In this document: positions 11,740 through 24,244 of the stretch, one piece after another
Layout of the letters: each line of letters opens with the position of its first letter
How positions within the stretch are numbered: the first letter of the stretch is position 1
NCBI GenBank assembly: GCA_964016885.1
Contig: OZ024741.1
Location: forward strand, 194,308,001-194,372,000
Length of the DNA stretch: 64,000 nt
Direction: 5' to 3'
Source: Eledone cirrhosa
Lineage: Eukaryota
The notes under the pieces: model-generated
Told to the model about the DNA's origin: nothing
Databases searched by the model: none
What the model saw: the letters and a program-made list of their open reading frames with translations, nothing else
Program-made: the position numbers and the translations under genes

Positions 11740-12062
11740 ATACAATTGTAATGCTGGTGCCACGATAAAATGCATCCAGCCCATTCTATAAGATATTCGT
11801 GTTGGTGCCATGATAAAAATGCACAGAGTCCATCCTGTAAGGTGGTAGTGCTGGTGACATGATAATATGTACTCAGTACATGATGTACAGTGTTTGGTAT
11901 TAGGAAGACATCCTATTGTAGAAGCCATGCTAAAATGGAATATATAAGGAAGACATGGTCATCTGACCTGTCTAATCTCAAAACATTACAACCCATCTAA
12001 CCCATGCAGGCATGGAAAATAGATATAAATGAGTGATGATGATGATGATGATAATGATGATG
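11740..12062 (+). mobile_element. Old RTE 3'-UTR/SINE tail
   Basis: Diverged ..GGTATTAGGAAGACATCC..AACCCATGCAGGCATGGAAAA..(GAT)n. Confidence 0.6.
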
Positions 12063-12529
12063 ACACATCATACCCACATTTATCTTGATCCTGTGTCATT
12101 ACATCTGTGAGTTCTGGCATCATGAAATTTAACTTCTTCCAATAATATTCTTCACATTGGGTACTTTCATATGTCTGCTAACCTTTCCACCCTCATTCAT
12201 ACACAATCATTGAAATTATCTCCCTTGTATGCTTCAGTTTAAATCTTTAATACCCACTACCTCAGTTCATGTAACAAGAGTGGAACTTGGTACAGTACAT
12301 TTAATGCCCCCCCCCTCTCCCTATAGCTACCACTCACATCTATTTCAATGACTTTAGTTAAATAACTGAAGGATGGTTGGTATAGTTTGGTAGATGGTGA
12401 ATGGTTGATGTAATATGGTGGTAAATGGTTGATGTAGTTTGGTGGTAAATGGTTGATATAGTTTGGTAGTGAATGAGTAATGTAGTTTTGTGGATGTTTG
12501 ATGATTGATGGATGGTTGATAGTATGGCT

Positions 12530-12853
12530 AGTTTTCTTGCCTTTGCAACCTTAATAACAATGCAAAATTGTGCATGAGAGCATGTAGGGTCTACAAGGTC
12601 ACATGTAAACAATGTAGCTCTTCATACACCAGAAGTACTGCCTGGATGCTGCACATATGGATCAAGGAGCACATAACAACAAGAACTTCTGTTAAAAACA
12701 CATTGACAGATGCTGCAGCCGAGACATTGAGGTCACCATAAAGGAGACGGAAAGGAATGGTGGAAATTTAAGAATCAAAGAGGCCATTATCATCAAAGAA
12801 AAGCCACAAATGAATAATAGATTAGAAAAGCACAAAGCAGATTGGCTACTATA
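12530..12853 (+). pseudogene. Decayed Penelope GIY-YIG endonuclease fragment
   Basis: RVYKVTCKQCSSSYTRSTAWMLHIWIKEH..HIDRCC..NLRIKEAIIIKEKPQMNNR with a frameshift. Confidence 0.75.
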
Positions 12854-13229
12854 ACAAATCCATGCATGCACATTTTAGACACTTAGACCAATTAATGAAG
12901 AACACATTGATTGTTTGTTTTGTTTTGAATTGCTTTCGTTTTAACATTTGAAAAGCATGTAATAGTTCTGATATATTATGTTGAAATATACTGGATAAAA
13001 ACATTACTTTGTTTCGTTTTATTTGTCATCCTTTGTCCTTTATATACTTCTACTGCATTGAACCAGCTTTTTGAAAGTTATCAGTCATTTATTGTGTATT
13101 GACTATATAAAAGATTTAAATGAAATATATATTGTGTATAAATATATAAGAGAATTGAATGAAATATCTACTGTGTGCAGTGCATAGGGTGTGTGTGTAT
13201 ATATATATGCATGCTCTGATGGTTGTGTA

Positions 13230-13830
13230 ACAGTAGTGTGCATGAATGGCAAAGTGTAAATGAATTGAGAGTGACACTGGGCATAAGAGAGATCAAATGC
13301 TGTGTGCAGGAAAGACGTCTGTGATGGTATGGGCATGTGATGTACATGAAGGATGACAGCTGCATAACAATATGTAGGGTGCTATCTTCTTTCCTGCACA
13401 CTACCTCAAATTCCTCTTAAACATAGTTTCATCCTTCACTCGTCCAAGCTCTGCCTCTCTCTCACACTTACATTGCACATCCAACAGAGCATGGTTGCTT
13501 CATTTCTCTCCAGCTTATGCATGTCTTCTGTAGTCAAAGCCTATGTTTCACTACCATGTAGCATCGCACTTTGTACACAGACATCATATAGTTGTCCTTT
13601 TGTACATAGGAAAACCTTTTTGTAGTCAACAATGGGAGTAGCTCTCTAAACTTTTTCCATCCCATCCTTATTTTAGCTATCATGTTCTCAGAGCACCCTC
13701 CTCCATTGCTAATTATGTCGCCTAGATAGCAGAAGCTATCAACCACTTCTATGGGTCCTTCCTGTGGCTGGAATAGGTTTACATCACTGGCTCTCTAGCC
13801 CTTGGTTACCCCTGGGCATCTTCTATATAC
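13230..13830. mobile_element. Two decayed RTE RT fragments, tail to tail (plus 13230-13380, minus 13385-13830)
   Basis: [31 protein letters not shown] on minus; [15 protein letters not shown] on plus. Confidence 0.75.
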
Positions 13831-13849
13831 AAAATCTTCCATATATATA

Positions 13850-14539
13850 TCTATATATCTATAAATATAAAGTTGTATTCCTGTCTGTTTGTTTGTTCAT
13901 GAACTACTCTTATGGTTTTGGAGATAGACCCCCATAACTATATATATTCTGAAACTACATTGCTCAGGGTACTTGGATAAGTATATTTCATTTTAATCAA
14001 AGGGTTCCCTGAGGGTGCAAAACCCCCGCTGAAAATCTTTTCCCTTCGATTTATATGAAATTTAAACCATAGGTAAATGACAAGATATGATGCCTATTCA
14101 CAAAAGTTTTGAATTGATATTTTGAAAAAAATTATTAACAAGAAACAAAATAAGAATAAGATTTAATAATGTAATTTTGATTTGATATATTACAAAAAAT
14201 AATTGTCTCTACTTTAGGCACAAGGCCAGCAATTACCCAGTGCATTACTGGTACTTTATTTTATCGACCCCGTAAGGATGAAAGGCAAAGTCAACCTCGG
14301 CGGGATTTGAACTCAGATCGTAAAGGGACGTAACTATGCTGGAAAGCATGGCGTCCGACCCTCTACTGATACTGCCAATCCACCATATATTACAAAAAAT
14401 AATGTTTTCCAATTTTTCATCGAGTAATATTGAAATGCAGAGTTTTTCTCCATAAATTATATCACTGATTTAAAATCAATCATCATTTTCTTACAAAAAA
14501 AATGTGTGAAACACAGCAAGATGCAGGTAATTTCGCTAG
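13850..14539 (+). mobile_element. Non-autonomous Helitron interrupted by a SINE
   Basis: TCTATATATCTATAAA start and CTAG|T end at ~14536-14540. Confidence 0.55.
14204..14384 (-). mobile_element. SINE with Nin-domain-like core and 19-bp TSD
   Basis: Reverse complement of the 44392 and 49834 copies; ATATATTACAAAAAATAAT at 14185-14203 and 14385-14403. Confidence 0.85.
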
Positions 14540-14620
14540 TATATATAATTGAATGAAATACCTAATATGTGCATAAAGCGTATATATAGAGAGAGACAAT
14601 TGAATGTAATATCTACTTAC

Positions 14621-14810
14621 TGAATGCAAAGTATATCACAGTATTAATTGCTTTCTGACTCTGCATGTTGAGGGAAGTCATAAAGTCTGTGAGAATTGAA
14701 CAAATTGTGTCTATTTTACCAGAGGAGGAATCTATTGATATCATTTTCTCAGATTTGCGGAAATATTCCAAGAAAGGCTTCACAGCATTTCCATAGAGTG
14801 TTAACCTTTT
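14621..14810 (-). CDS. Exon of adenylate-kinase-like gene (KRLTLYGNAVKPFLEYFRKSEKMISIDSSSGKIDTICSILTDF..)
   Basis: TTTCAG acceptor, GTAAGT donor; 190 nt; phase 0/1; resembles the AK C-terminal KRLxxYxxxxxPxxxYY..xIDA segment. Confidence 0.8.
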
Positions 14811-15481
14811 CTGAAATAAAGAAAATAAAAACAACTGAAAGAAATATTTGGATGAGAAACATTGAAGTAATTATTGGAAATAGATGAAATATTTCTAATC
14901 GATATTTCTTTATTGATACAATTTTTGAGAAGCTGGTGGTATTGTTTTTGTTCAGCACTAGATCAATCTTAACCCTTCTGAAACCAAACTGCCTGAAACC
15001 ACTCTAGTTCTACAATATCAAAGTTCCCTGATTCCATAATACCCCCTGAAACCACCCCTGGTTTTATGACACAAAACTGTATTTTAATGTGTTTATATTT
15101 ATTTGAAAACTTTCAATCATAATTCTATGCAAGAGCTTTTGCTAAGTTATGCTCTAAACACTGACTTAATGATGAGAAAGTTATAATACTAAATCCCTTC
15201 AAATTTTTGATTATTTGAAAATTATATGCAATGTTTTTTTTTATTAGAAATATGGTAATAAAAGGGTTAATTGGGCAAATCTATGACCAGAAGAACTTCT
15301 ATTATTATCCTATCTTTTTTAGGAGAATTTAGGTCTATATAATCCAATGTATCATTGGTTCAATTTTAGTGGAGTTGTGTTTGCTTTAACTTTCCACCAC
15401 TGTTGATGGTTTTACAGAGATAGATCTTTAGCAGAGACTAACCTGGAGTGTACTTGCCAAATAAATGCATATAAGTTATGA

Positions 15482-15743
<262 letters not shown>

Positions 15744-15744
15744 C

Positions 15745-15885
15745 CTCTGTTCTAGAATAGTCTGCTTCATCTGTGTGGGGAGTACTACTTCCAGAACCCT
15801 TGCTTTTCTTTGAGTTCGAATTTTCTGAATGACTTGGTTTTTTCACTGAAGGTTTGTCCATATTTATTGCAAATGACACTGGATA
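15745..15885 (-). CDS. Exon of adenylate-kinase-like gene (YPVSFAINMDKPS..TDEADYSRTE)
   Basis: TTTCAG acceptor, GTAATC donor; 141 nt; phase 0/0; splices in frame to KRL.. Confidence 0.78.
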
Positions 15886-16024
15886 CTGAAATAATAGAAT
15901 GATGGATATATATATATAACAGTTTGATTAAAAAATTAGGATGTAAAAATCACGTGGGAGAAATATAGGAAACAGAAAACTAGGAAGATGTCAAGCACAT
16001 GCACATGTGTGTATGTGTGTGTGA

Positions 16025-16065
<41 letters not shown>

Positions 16066-16087
16066 TTTATATATATGTATACATTTG

Positions 16088-16538
16088 TGTAACAAAGGGT
16101 ATTAGTAGTGGTTGTTAAATGAAATAATAAGAATAGCTGATTTACTTTATATATAAAAAGGTTTACTTCACTTCAGTCAAAAAGAACAACAAACAAGTTA
16201 ACAAGAATTGCGAAGGTTGATGATGTTATTTTGTTGTTGGTTCATGAGGCTGGTGTAGTCTGTGACCAAGAGAGAGAGTAATGGTCTGTGGTTGTCTGTA
16301 GACCTCTGCGGCCTGTAGGTAGCGTTGAATCTTTACATAGCTTGTCTATAGAGTACGGCTCCCATCTCTCAGTGTGTTAGACGTGGGAAAATATAGGCTT
16401 TATATACCTGTCGCTTTCTGTCTCCCTGCCTCGAGAGATCGCCCACACATGAACCTTTCCACGCCGAAAAGGATGGTGACCTAGAATTTGACTTTTAGGT
16501 GTCACCCAAGGTTTAAGGCGCAGACCGATTTTGCTACA
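16088..16538 (-). mobile_element. Candidate solo LTR
   Basis: Ends TGTAACAAA...TTTGCTACA (TG..CA inverted termini), ~450 bp, TATA-like motif on minus; no clear TSD. Confidence 0.45.
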
Positions 16539-16659
16539 TATATATATATATATATATATATATGCATATATATCTATTAAATGTTTTAATGATAATCCTT
16601 GTCTAAACTTTCGATATATATATATGTTGGTGATGACCAGCCCATTACAGCCTTCAGGA

Positions 16660-17790
16660 TGACCTTCATTGCCAACACAAACAGTCTAGGTGAGAATCAA
16701 AAGGTATTTATTTTAACTTTGGGATTTCGATTCCTCCTGGTCCAGTGTACCTTTGTTGGGATGCAACAGTCTGGCTTCTGTCTTTTAATAAGTCATGAAG
16801 CCATTCACCTAGTTTCCAGCTATGCCAAAGCTATGTAGTTTGTGACATATCATTCCATGATCAACCTTGTAAAAGCCCTTCACAAAGTCAAGATATATCA
16901 CATCTATGTTTGAACGGTCTAGCAGCTGCTTGAGTATCCAACCTTAATGCTGTAAGAGCTGTGAATGACACCTTCTACCTGGGCGAAAGCCATGCTGAGT
17001 GTCAGTTAGAACATCATTTTCCTCTAGAAAAGATATCAGTTTCTCTCTGATTATTCATTCAATGACTTTGCTGATACGTGAGGTCAGGGAGACAGGTCTT
17101 CTCTGCTTCCTCCTTTATGGATAGGACATATGACTTCTTTTAGCTTTCCGGGTAGTTTACTACTTGCAAGGTATCTGCAGTGGTTTTGCTAATGTTCACT
17201 GGTATATTTTTAGAAGGATTGCTGGGAAACCATCAGAGCCAGCAGCTGAATTTGGTGTCATTTCGTCTATCGATGATATTACATCTTTCAACTTTATATC
17301 TATGTGGTTGATGGTTGTCATTTCTCTGTGTAATGCAGTGGTGTTGAAAAACTCATCCCCATCTGGCTTGTTTATTTGTATGTGACTTATTGGATGTGTG
17401 AAAACACTTTTGTATTGTTCATTCATACCTCACTTATCTCTTGAAGGTCTGAGTCACTTTTATGGAAAAGTGGCCCTATCCCATAGTGTGCTGAGGCAGT
17501 CTCATTTGTAAATTTAAAGAAAGCTTTAGGGTTTGTCTTTATGTTATCTATAGCCCTGGCTTCTCTTTCTGCCCTCTCCTTTTCATGGGAGAGTTTGAGT
17601 TCATTTTCAGTTTGTAACAGTGCCTGCTTTAGATGGGATTCCGTCTTGTTCCTTGCTTGTGTATGTAGCCAGTTTGAGATCTTTATTCTTCTTTTCATAA
17701 GAATCCTCCTGTCTGGGAATAATATTCTTGTTCCTTTTGGCCTTTCTTTCCAGGGCAAACTTGGAGCATATGGCTTGTATTATTTCGGTG
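16660..17790 (-). pseudogene. Decayed CR1-clade LINE ORF2 fragment
   Basis: IKTNPKAFFKF..SAAGSDGFPAILLK..QHGFRPGR..DVIYLDFVK with stops and frameshifts. Confidence 0.85.
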
Positions 17791-17850
17791 GATTGGCAGT
17801 ATTGGTAGAGTAATCAAACACTTCTAGTCTTGTAGAAGCCTTTTCTATAT

Positions 17851-17897
<47 letters not shown>

Positions 17898-17902
17898 AAA
17901 AA

Positions 17903-18014
17903 ATGCATGCACACATATATATATGTGTACGTATGGGTTCACTGAACATTTATTATAATGCTCAGTTTGTTTGTAAACAAACAGCCCGAATTAAGCCGTA
18001 CAGTGTTTGGCAAC
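17903..18014 (-). mobile_element. Family A fragment fused to the family B repeat
   Basis: Matches ~3909-4018. Confidence 0.75.
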
Positions 18015-18050
18015 ATGTCACTTCTTTTTTTGGCAAAGGAAGGAAGATAA

Positions 18051-18091
18051 GCTGACAGATTCTGTTTCACACTGTTGGTGACCCTCAGAGC
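18051..18091 (-). ncRNA. Type I hammerhead ribozyme, family B (A9G core mutation)
   Basis: GCT-CTGAGGG-T-CAC caaca GTG-T-GAAA-CAGAATCTG-T-C-AGC. Confidence 0.65.
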
Positions 18092-18278
18092 ATCGTACAC
18101 CCCGCCTCTGCCGAAAATTATAGAGGCTGGATTCTTATAGAATTCCAGTAATAATCAGGAACTGATTATGAGCGACTACTGGTCAGCAATAATTAAAAAC
18201 ATTTTGAAGACCTTGCGTTATCATTTTAAAGTAGTGACTATGTCACTTACTTCCTTTTTGGCAAAGGAAGGGAGAGAA

Positions 18279-18319
18279 ACTGACAGATTCTGTTTCACAC
18301 TGTTGGTGATCCTCAGAGC
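18279..18319 (-). ncRNA. Type I hammerhead ribozyme, family B
   Basis: GCT-CTGAGGA-T-CAC caaca GTG-T-GAAA-CAGA a TCTG-T-C-AGT; GUC site. Confidence 0.8.
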
Positions 18320-18637
18320 AACATATTCCCCGCCTTCACCGAAAATTATAGAGGATATATATATATATATACATACACACATATATATATGCACCCATAT
18401 ATGTACACACAAACACACACACATATATAAATATGTATACACACACATACATACATACACAAAAGTCTCTATACTTACGCGCACATATACATACACACAT
18501 ATATATATATATACATGCATATATATATATATATATATATATATACATGCATATATATATATATATATATATATATACATGCATATATATATATATATAT
18601 ATATATACATGCATATATATATATATATATATATACA

Positions 18638-18692
<55 letters not shown>

Positions 18693-18696
<4 letters not shown>

Positions 18697-19115
18697 TCAT
18701 CATCACCGTTTTACATCCGTTCTTCCACGCTAGCATGGGTTAGACGGGTTGTCCTGTTGTGGGCAGTGTCCGGCCGGCTGACTTTGTCTTCTGGCTTGAT
18801 TTCTACAGCTGGATGCCCTTCCTAACACCAACCTCATTTACAGTGAGTGCTGGGTTCTTTTTTTCTGTGGCGCCTACACGTCCACTTTACAGTGTGGGCT
18901 GGGTGCTTTCTTGCCATGGCACCTCCACGACCACTTTGCAGTGGGAGCGTGTGGGGGGCATATTGTCTATATGCTTCAGCTTCGGCTTGTACCAGTGTGT
19001 GGGGGGGGGGGGGGTCGGGTCTTCTGTATTACTGCGTGACGCTAGAGGTCATGGTCGTGTGTCATCGCTTTTGAGAGGTGTAATAGGGTAAGGTCGGCTT
19101 TTATCACCTCATCGT
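18693..19115 (-). mobile_element. RTE 3' end (same subfamily as 31394-34585)
   Basis: Reverse complement closely matches 34160-34585. Confidence 0.85.
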
Positions 19116-19975
19116 ATTTATGTGTGTATATTTATATACGTTTATATAATTATATGAATACACGCACACACATATATTATATTCTTTAAAATATATTTTT
19201 TATGTGTACTTGTTTTATACGTTCGTATGTGTGCGGGTACAGGTGTTGCGTGGGTCTTTGTATGTGTGCACGTGGTTTTGTGTACGTGCTTGTATATGCA
19301 TACCCATGGCGGGTGTTTTCGCGTATGCCTGTGTATGTATGTATATGGATGCATGCATGTATATATTTAATTAGTGTTGATTTCAATAACCTTTGTAATT
19401 TATTTACATTATTCTTAACTCTGAAGCCGAGAATCATTCGGTTTCCTACATAGAATTTTAGTCTACGACTTTATACCATAATCGTGGTTTTGTCTTTGCG
19501 TGTAATTGTTCTCATCGCTCCACATACTGACGTATTATCTTCGCTTTTTTTCTGTTCATTGCCAGGGAACGTCTCCACGAACTGAAGTATCGTCTTCCTG
19601 TTTTCCTTCGGTTGCAACGTTTTTCGAAATATTTACTTCTGCATTCACAGATTGATTTTTTTAGTTTCAGAAGATCCCGTTAAGGGTGAAAGCAGCTATT
19701 CTTTGCTTAAACTTTAATCTGTTATTTTAATAAATATTTGCTCTAGGGTTCTTATATATTTGATATATATTTATCCTTATCGAGCCCTCCTTGGATTTTA
19801 GTCTTCAAATTTATTATTATTACTATATATATATATATATATGTAGAGGTTTATTTGATTTGTTGGGATACAACAAGCAAAATATTTTTATAACTGATAT
19901 AAAGCACTCAACAAATTATTGGAGTAAATATACAATATATTAACAAATGGAAACTATATTTATAAAACCATATTT

Positions 19976-20039
19976 ATTTCATTATACATATTTCAAGGGC
20001 CACCAGAGCAAACTATGGTGCGCTTTCATCAGATAAAAT
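19976..20039 (-). ncRNA. Type I hammerhead ribozyme with long stem II
   Basis: ATTTTAT-CTGATGA-AAGCGCACCATAG tttg CTCTGGTGGCCCTT-GAAA-TATGTA-T-A-ATGAAAT. Confidence 0.78.
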
Positions 20040-20112
20040 ATAATATAGGTTAGTTTTATAAATAAATATTGACATACCCTTAAAAAGTGCAACCATTCTG
20101 GTTGGAATCTCC

Positions 20113-20164
20113 TTCAGATTTCTATCGCTGCAAAAGACGTCTTTTGCAGCGATAGAAATCTGAA
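20113..20164. repeat. Perfect 52-bp palindrome
   Basis: TTCAGATTTCTATCGCTGCAAAAGAC|GTCTTTTGCAGCGATAGAAATCTGAA. Confidence 0.95.
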
Positions 20165-20300
20165 AACTTTTATGACCTCAACTAAAGCTAATAGCAGTCG
20201 CCATGTCTCTGACTGACTGGTGTGTCTCCATATGAAGGAATGAATTCTGTGAGAGAACATCGTTACTTTTTCTCCCTCATATCAAGAATTTGAAGACAAT

Positions 20301-20388
20301 TCATTTTCACCTGATGAGATCAGTGATAATCGATCATGACTTCACAATCTATCTATCTCTTATTGAAACATATGTCGTGATTAAATGA
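20301..20388 (+). ncRNA. Type I hammerhead ribozyme upstream of the Penelope ORF
   Basis: TCATTT TCAC-CTGATGA-(long imperfect stem II)-GAAA-CATATG-T-C-GTGA tt AAATGA; palindromic ACATATGT; GUC site. Confidence 0.8.
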
Positions 20389-20601
20389 TTGGAATTTTAC
20401 CTTGCCTTCGGATTTTCATTTTGATACTTACATCATCTAGCTGTTCCCTCGAATGGAATTGGAGATATACAAAAGCGTGGAGAAGTTAATATTGCTAACA
20501 TAAAGTTATTGAACTATTTTACACAACCAATAATGCACCTTACTATATAACAACTTAAAGCTCCTATTTTTGTTGAGCACTAATGCTGTTAAGCAAGGAA
20601 T

Positions 20602-23358
20602 ATGATGGAGAAATTCTCGGTGAACTCTTCACTTAAGGACATCCCTTTGCCCGACATAAAAGAATTCACAAGGTTGGCCATAGGTAAATCGGATCCATTT
20701 GTCCGTAGAATCCGTTGGAAGGCCTTCCACTTCGACAGAGGAACACCAACAAACCACCCCAGGGAGGGAACGCGCGGCATCGAGGAAATATTCAAATCCA
20801 GAAGAAATCCACCACACAATAAATACTTGGAGGAATTCGAGACTGAAATGTCTAACATAGTGTCCAACCTTAAGTTTAGGAAAAACCCACTCAGGAGAAA
20901 AAGTTACCTGAGACGACTGAATGGTGATCTAGTAAAATTGAAGAACTCGACCGGCATTTTAGTGCACGCAGACAAGACTAACAACCTGTACAATATGGAT
21001 AGAGTAACTTATGATGATTTGATAACCAGAGAACTTAGGAAAAGCTACAGAAAAACTACACGGGCCAACCTGGATTTAATTAACACGGAGGCGTCATGAT
21101 TAAACTGGGTATTGAGGATAAAACCGAACCCTTCCATCCTAGAAACCCGAGGATTTTGCTGAAGGACCACAAATTTAACTTTGAATCATTAAGACCTGTC
21201 AGGCTGATAGCCCCTTCGAAGTCGGACATAGGAATCGTAAGTAAAAACATCCTTGATAAAATAATCCCCACTCCAGTTAGGAGATCGAAGCTCAAGTTGT
21301 GGTCAGGAACTAGTGAGGTAATTAACTGGTTTGAGAAATCGCAGAATAAGAATAGCACTAAGTTTATACAGTTCGATATCTCTAATTACTACTCTTCAAT
21401 CTCTCCAACTCTTCTAGGTAGGGCCCTTAACTTTGCTAGCTTACACACCGACCTTACATCCGAGGAAATTAGCATTATTCTCCTAGCTAGGAAAACCTTA
21501 ATTGAATTCAACGGTAACCTGTGGACTAGGAGGGATTGGCCAGACAATTTCGACATCACCATGGGATCCACGGACTCGGCCCAGGTGACAGATCTGGTGG
21601 ACCTTTACCTCCTTGACTGTCTCGGAGCGGAAATACCCCACCTGGGAGGCGGCGCTTACCGTGACGACGTCTTGTTTACTGTGTCGTTCCATAATAATAG
21701 TATGGTAGAGAGGGTGAGGAAAAAACTTAGCAAATTCTTCAAGAGCATAGACCTAAATATAGTATTTGAAGAGAATTTTAAAATAGTTAATTTTTTAGAT
21801 GTTACACTTAACCTCAATTCAGGACTCTTCCAACCTTACCACAAACACAACGAGAATCTAAACTATGTAAACGCAAAATCGAACCACCCTAGAATAGTCA
21901 CTAACGGTATTATCAAAAGCGTCTCTAGTAGAATTTCAGGACTATCTTCCAATGTAGATACCTTTAATAAGATCTCGAATTACTATAATAGCGCCCTGGA
22001 ACGCGCAGGGCATAGCGAGGGAATTTCATTCAAACGTCCATTAAATAGTAGAAGTAACATTGCCCGCGATAGCTTAGGCCTAAATAGTGACACTCTAGTT
22101 AACAGCAGGCGGGATACGAGGGAGGATTCTTATAGTCTTCATGTTGTACTGCCGCCTAGACCCAGTGCTGTTGGTACTAATAGAAACAGCCAGCCAGGTA
22201 CTAACACTGGGTCTGAGCAACGTAACGCCAGCGGAAACTCTAATGGTAACCTTAATTGTGGAACCAATAAAACTACCGTTGAACGCAGTATGGAACGAGG
22301 GTCGAGTAGGAGGAATAAGGACAGGTGTAGCAGACGCATAGCGGATACAACCCCAGCTATCGAGGGTAACTCCAATTGCCGCACGGGGAGTACACCGCCC
22401 TGGAGACTTGGGACGATTCCGAACACAATCGTGACACCCCAGGACACCATCGACCCACAGGTAATTTCCAGTTACAATAGGCCAGTAACTACTAGGGAGA
22501 CAGGTAATTCTAATATAGTTAGTAGGAACAAGAGGCATCGGACCAGAAAAGTCCTGTGGTATAATCCCCTTTACTCCACTGGCCTGACCACTAGTATAGC
22601 TAAGCTTTTCTTTAGGGCCTTAGACAAATGCTTCCCTAGATCGCACAGATATGATAAAATATTCAATAGAAATACCATCAAGCTGTCCTACTCCACAACT
22701 AGTAACATAGCTCAGAATATAGCTAAGATGAATTATAGTAGACTTAGGACAGCCAATGAGGGAATTAGGCATGGCAGGAACAATGGCAGCTCTATTGAGG
22801 AACTGACTCATACACGTGAGGCGAGTCGGGTCTCCCCAACCCAGGGAATTTACCCATAGAGCAGACTGGAACTGAGACCCGACCTCAAAGGTACCGTGGT
22901 CCATCCGGAACTACACAGATCGATAGCAAAAAATGTAACTGTAGAAGCACCGCCACCTGCCCTATGGCTGGGAAATGCCTTACCAAAAACATAGTCTACG
23001 ACTATAAGGTATCCACTCCTGAAAGAACCTTTAGGTATGTTGGGGCAACTACCACGGAATTTAAGGATAGATGGTATAATCACCGCCATACCTTTAATAG
23101 ATTAGATTAAAAAATAGCACGGCACTTTCGGAATTAGTCTGGAAGCTTAAACATCAGAATATAGAGCACTCCTTATCCTGGTCCATAGTTTGCTCAGCCC
23201 AACCTTATAAGGGCAGCACTGGCGTCTGCAATTTATGTATAGCTAAAACTTTTAATATTATTAGAGGCGGCCCCCTATTAATTAATAGAAGAGCAGATTT
23301 TTTCAGCAACTGTCAACATAGAACCTCGAAAACCTTCCGCAGGATTTTTGGAAGGTAA
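20602..23358 (+). pseudogene. Penelope-like element, Naiad-type RT plus C-terminal GIY-YIG; frameshifted
   Basis: FIQFDISNYYSSI, DITMGSTDSAQV, AYRDD, VNFLDVTL, SNHP, WYNPLYS; KCNCRSTATCPMAGKCLTKNIVY..YVG..FKDRWYNH; frame breaks near 21097, ~22830 and ~23100. Confidence 0.9.
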
Positions 23359-23491
23359 CCTACCAAAAACTCCTCCCTCTCTACTTTAGCCATAGAGTTC
23401 TCTCAATAAACGGAGAGTCACACACTTAGGTAGTTAGACGGTTAAGATTGTTTGCGCACTTGCAAACGATACTCGGCCTGTTTCTACGGAG

Positions 23492-23532
<41 letters not shown>

Positions 23533-23669
23533 TATAGATAGGTAAATATACACGGGTGTGTATGATTGTGTATAGAAGATTATATTAATAAGAGGAATTC
23601 CAACTTTGTCTGATTTACTCATTTTATTTACAATCCTTTAAAATATATATAATATGGTATTATAATGAA

Positions 23670-24222
23670 CCACGTCACCTTTTTGTTCAACACTGACACA
23701 GGAACGATGTACTAAGAGTGAGAAATGAAATTTCGTTTTCATTTTGTTTCAATTTATCGTTTTCGGTATGCCTGACCGATTTTACTCACTCAATATGCAA
23801 ATTAGGCTGCTCAGCCGTTAATTTTCATAAGGAAAGTATATACTTTCGAACGTTCAACTATCTGGCAGATGGGTAAACGGTGCTGATGATAGCTAACAAG
23901 CTTGAAACTAGTACATCGTTCCTGTGTCAGTGTTGAACAAAAAGGTGACGTGGTTGCCTTAACACCGTATGGCATAAATTCAGGCTGTTCAGTTTGTTTA
24001 CAAACGAACAAAGCGACGTTATAATAAGCGCCGCTAAACTGATACGTGCATATATGTATGTGTACCTGTATGCATATGTATGTATATATGTATATATATA
24101 TATGTGCATGCTACTGTACGTCTGTATACATATATGTATGTACGTATACATGCATACTTACATTTAAGTAAGTGCCATACTAAGAGTGAGAAATGAAATT
24201 TCGTTTTCATTTTGTTTCAATT
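23670..24222 (+). mobile_element. Diverged family A copy (468-bp period) with a short inverted 5' piece
   Basis: TAAGAGTGAGAAATGAAATTTCG at 23713 and 24181; 23670-23714 is the reverse complement of the sequence 3' of the HHR. Confidence 0.85.
23876..23920 (+). ncRNA. Type I hammerhead ribozyme, family A variant
   Basis: AACGGTG-CTGATGA-TAGCTAACAAGCTT-GAAA-CTAG-T-A-CATCGTT; changes confined to N7, loop II and a G-U pair. Confidence 0.88.
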
Positions 24223-24244
24223 CATATATATACATATATCTATC

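Larger units (their letters stand above)
18015..18354 (-). mobile_element. HHR repeat family B (retrozyme-like), ~1.5 monomers of 228 bp
   Basis: 18015-18126 is similar to 18240-18354; each repeat contains an HHR. Confidence 0.8.

Noticed and set aside
19661-19700. HHR-like CAGAAGA-TCCC..GGGT-GAAA
   Set aside because: Core U4 and the NUH site are broken; at best a decayed motif
21090-21105. TGA in the Naiad ORF as possible selenocysteine
   Set aside because: It coincides with a frameshift, and the conserved CxCx5C cysteines use normal codons
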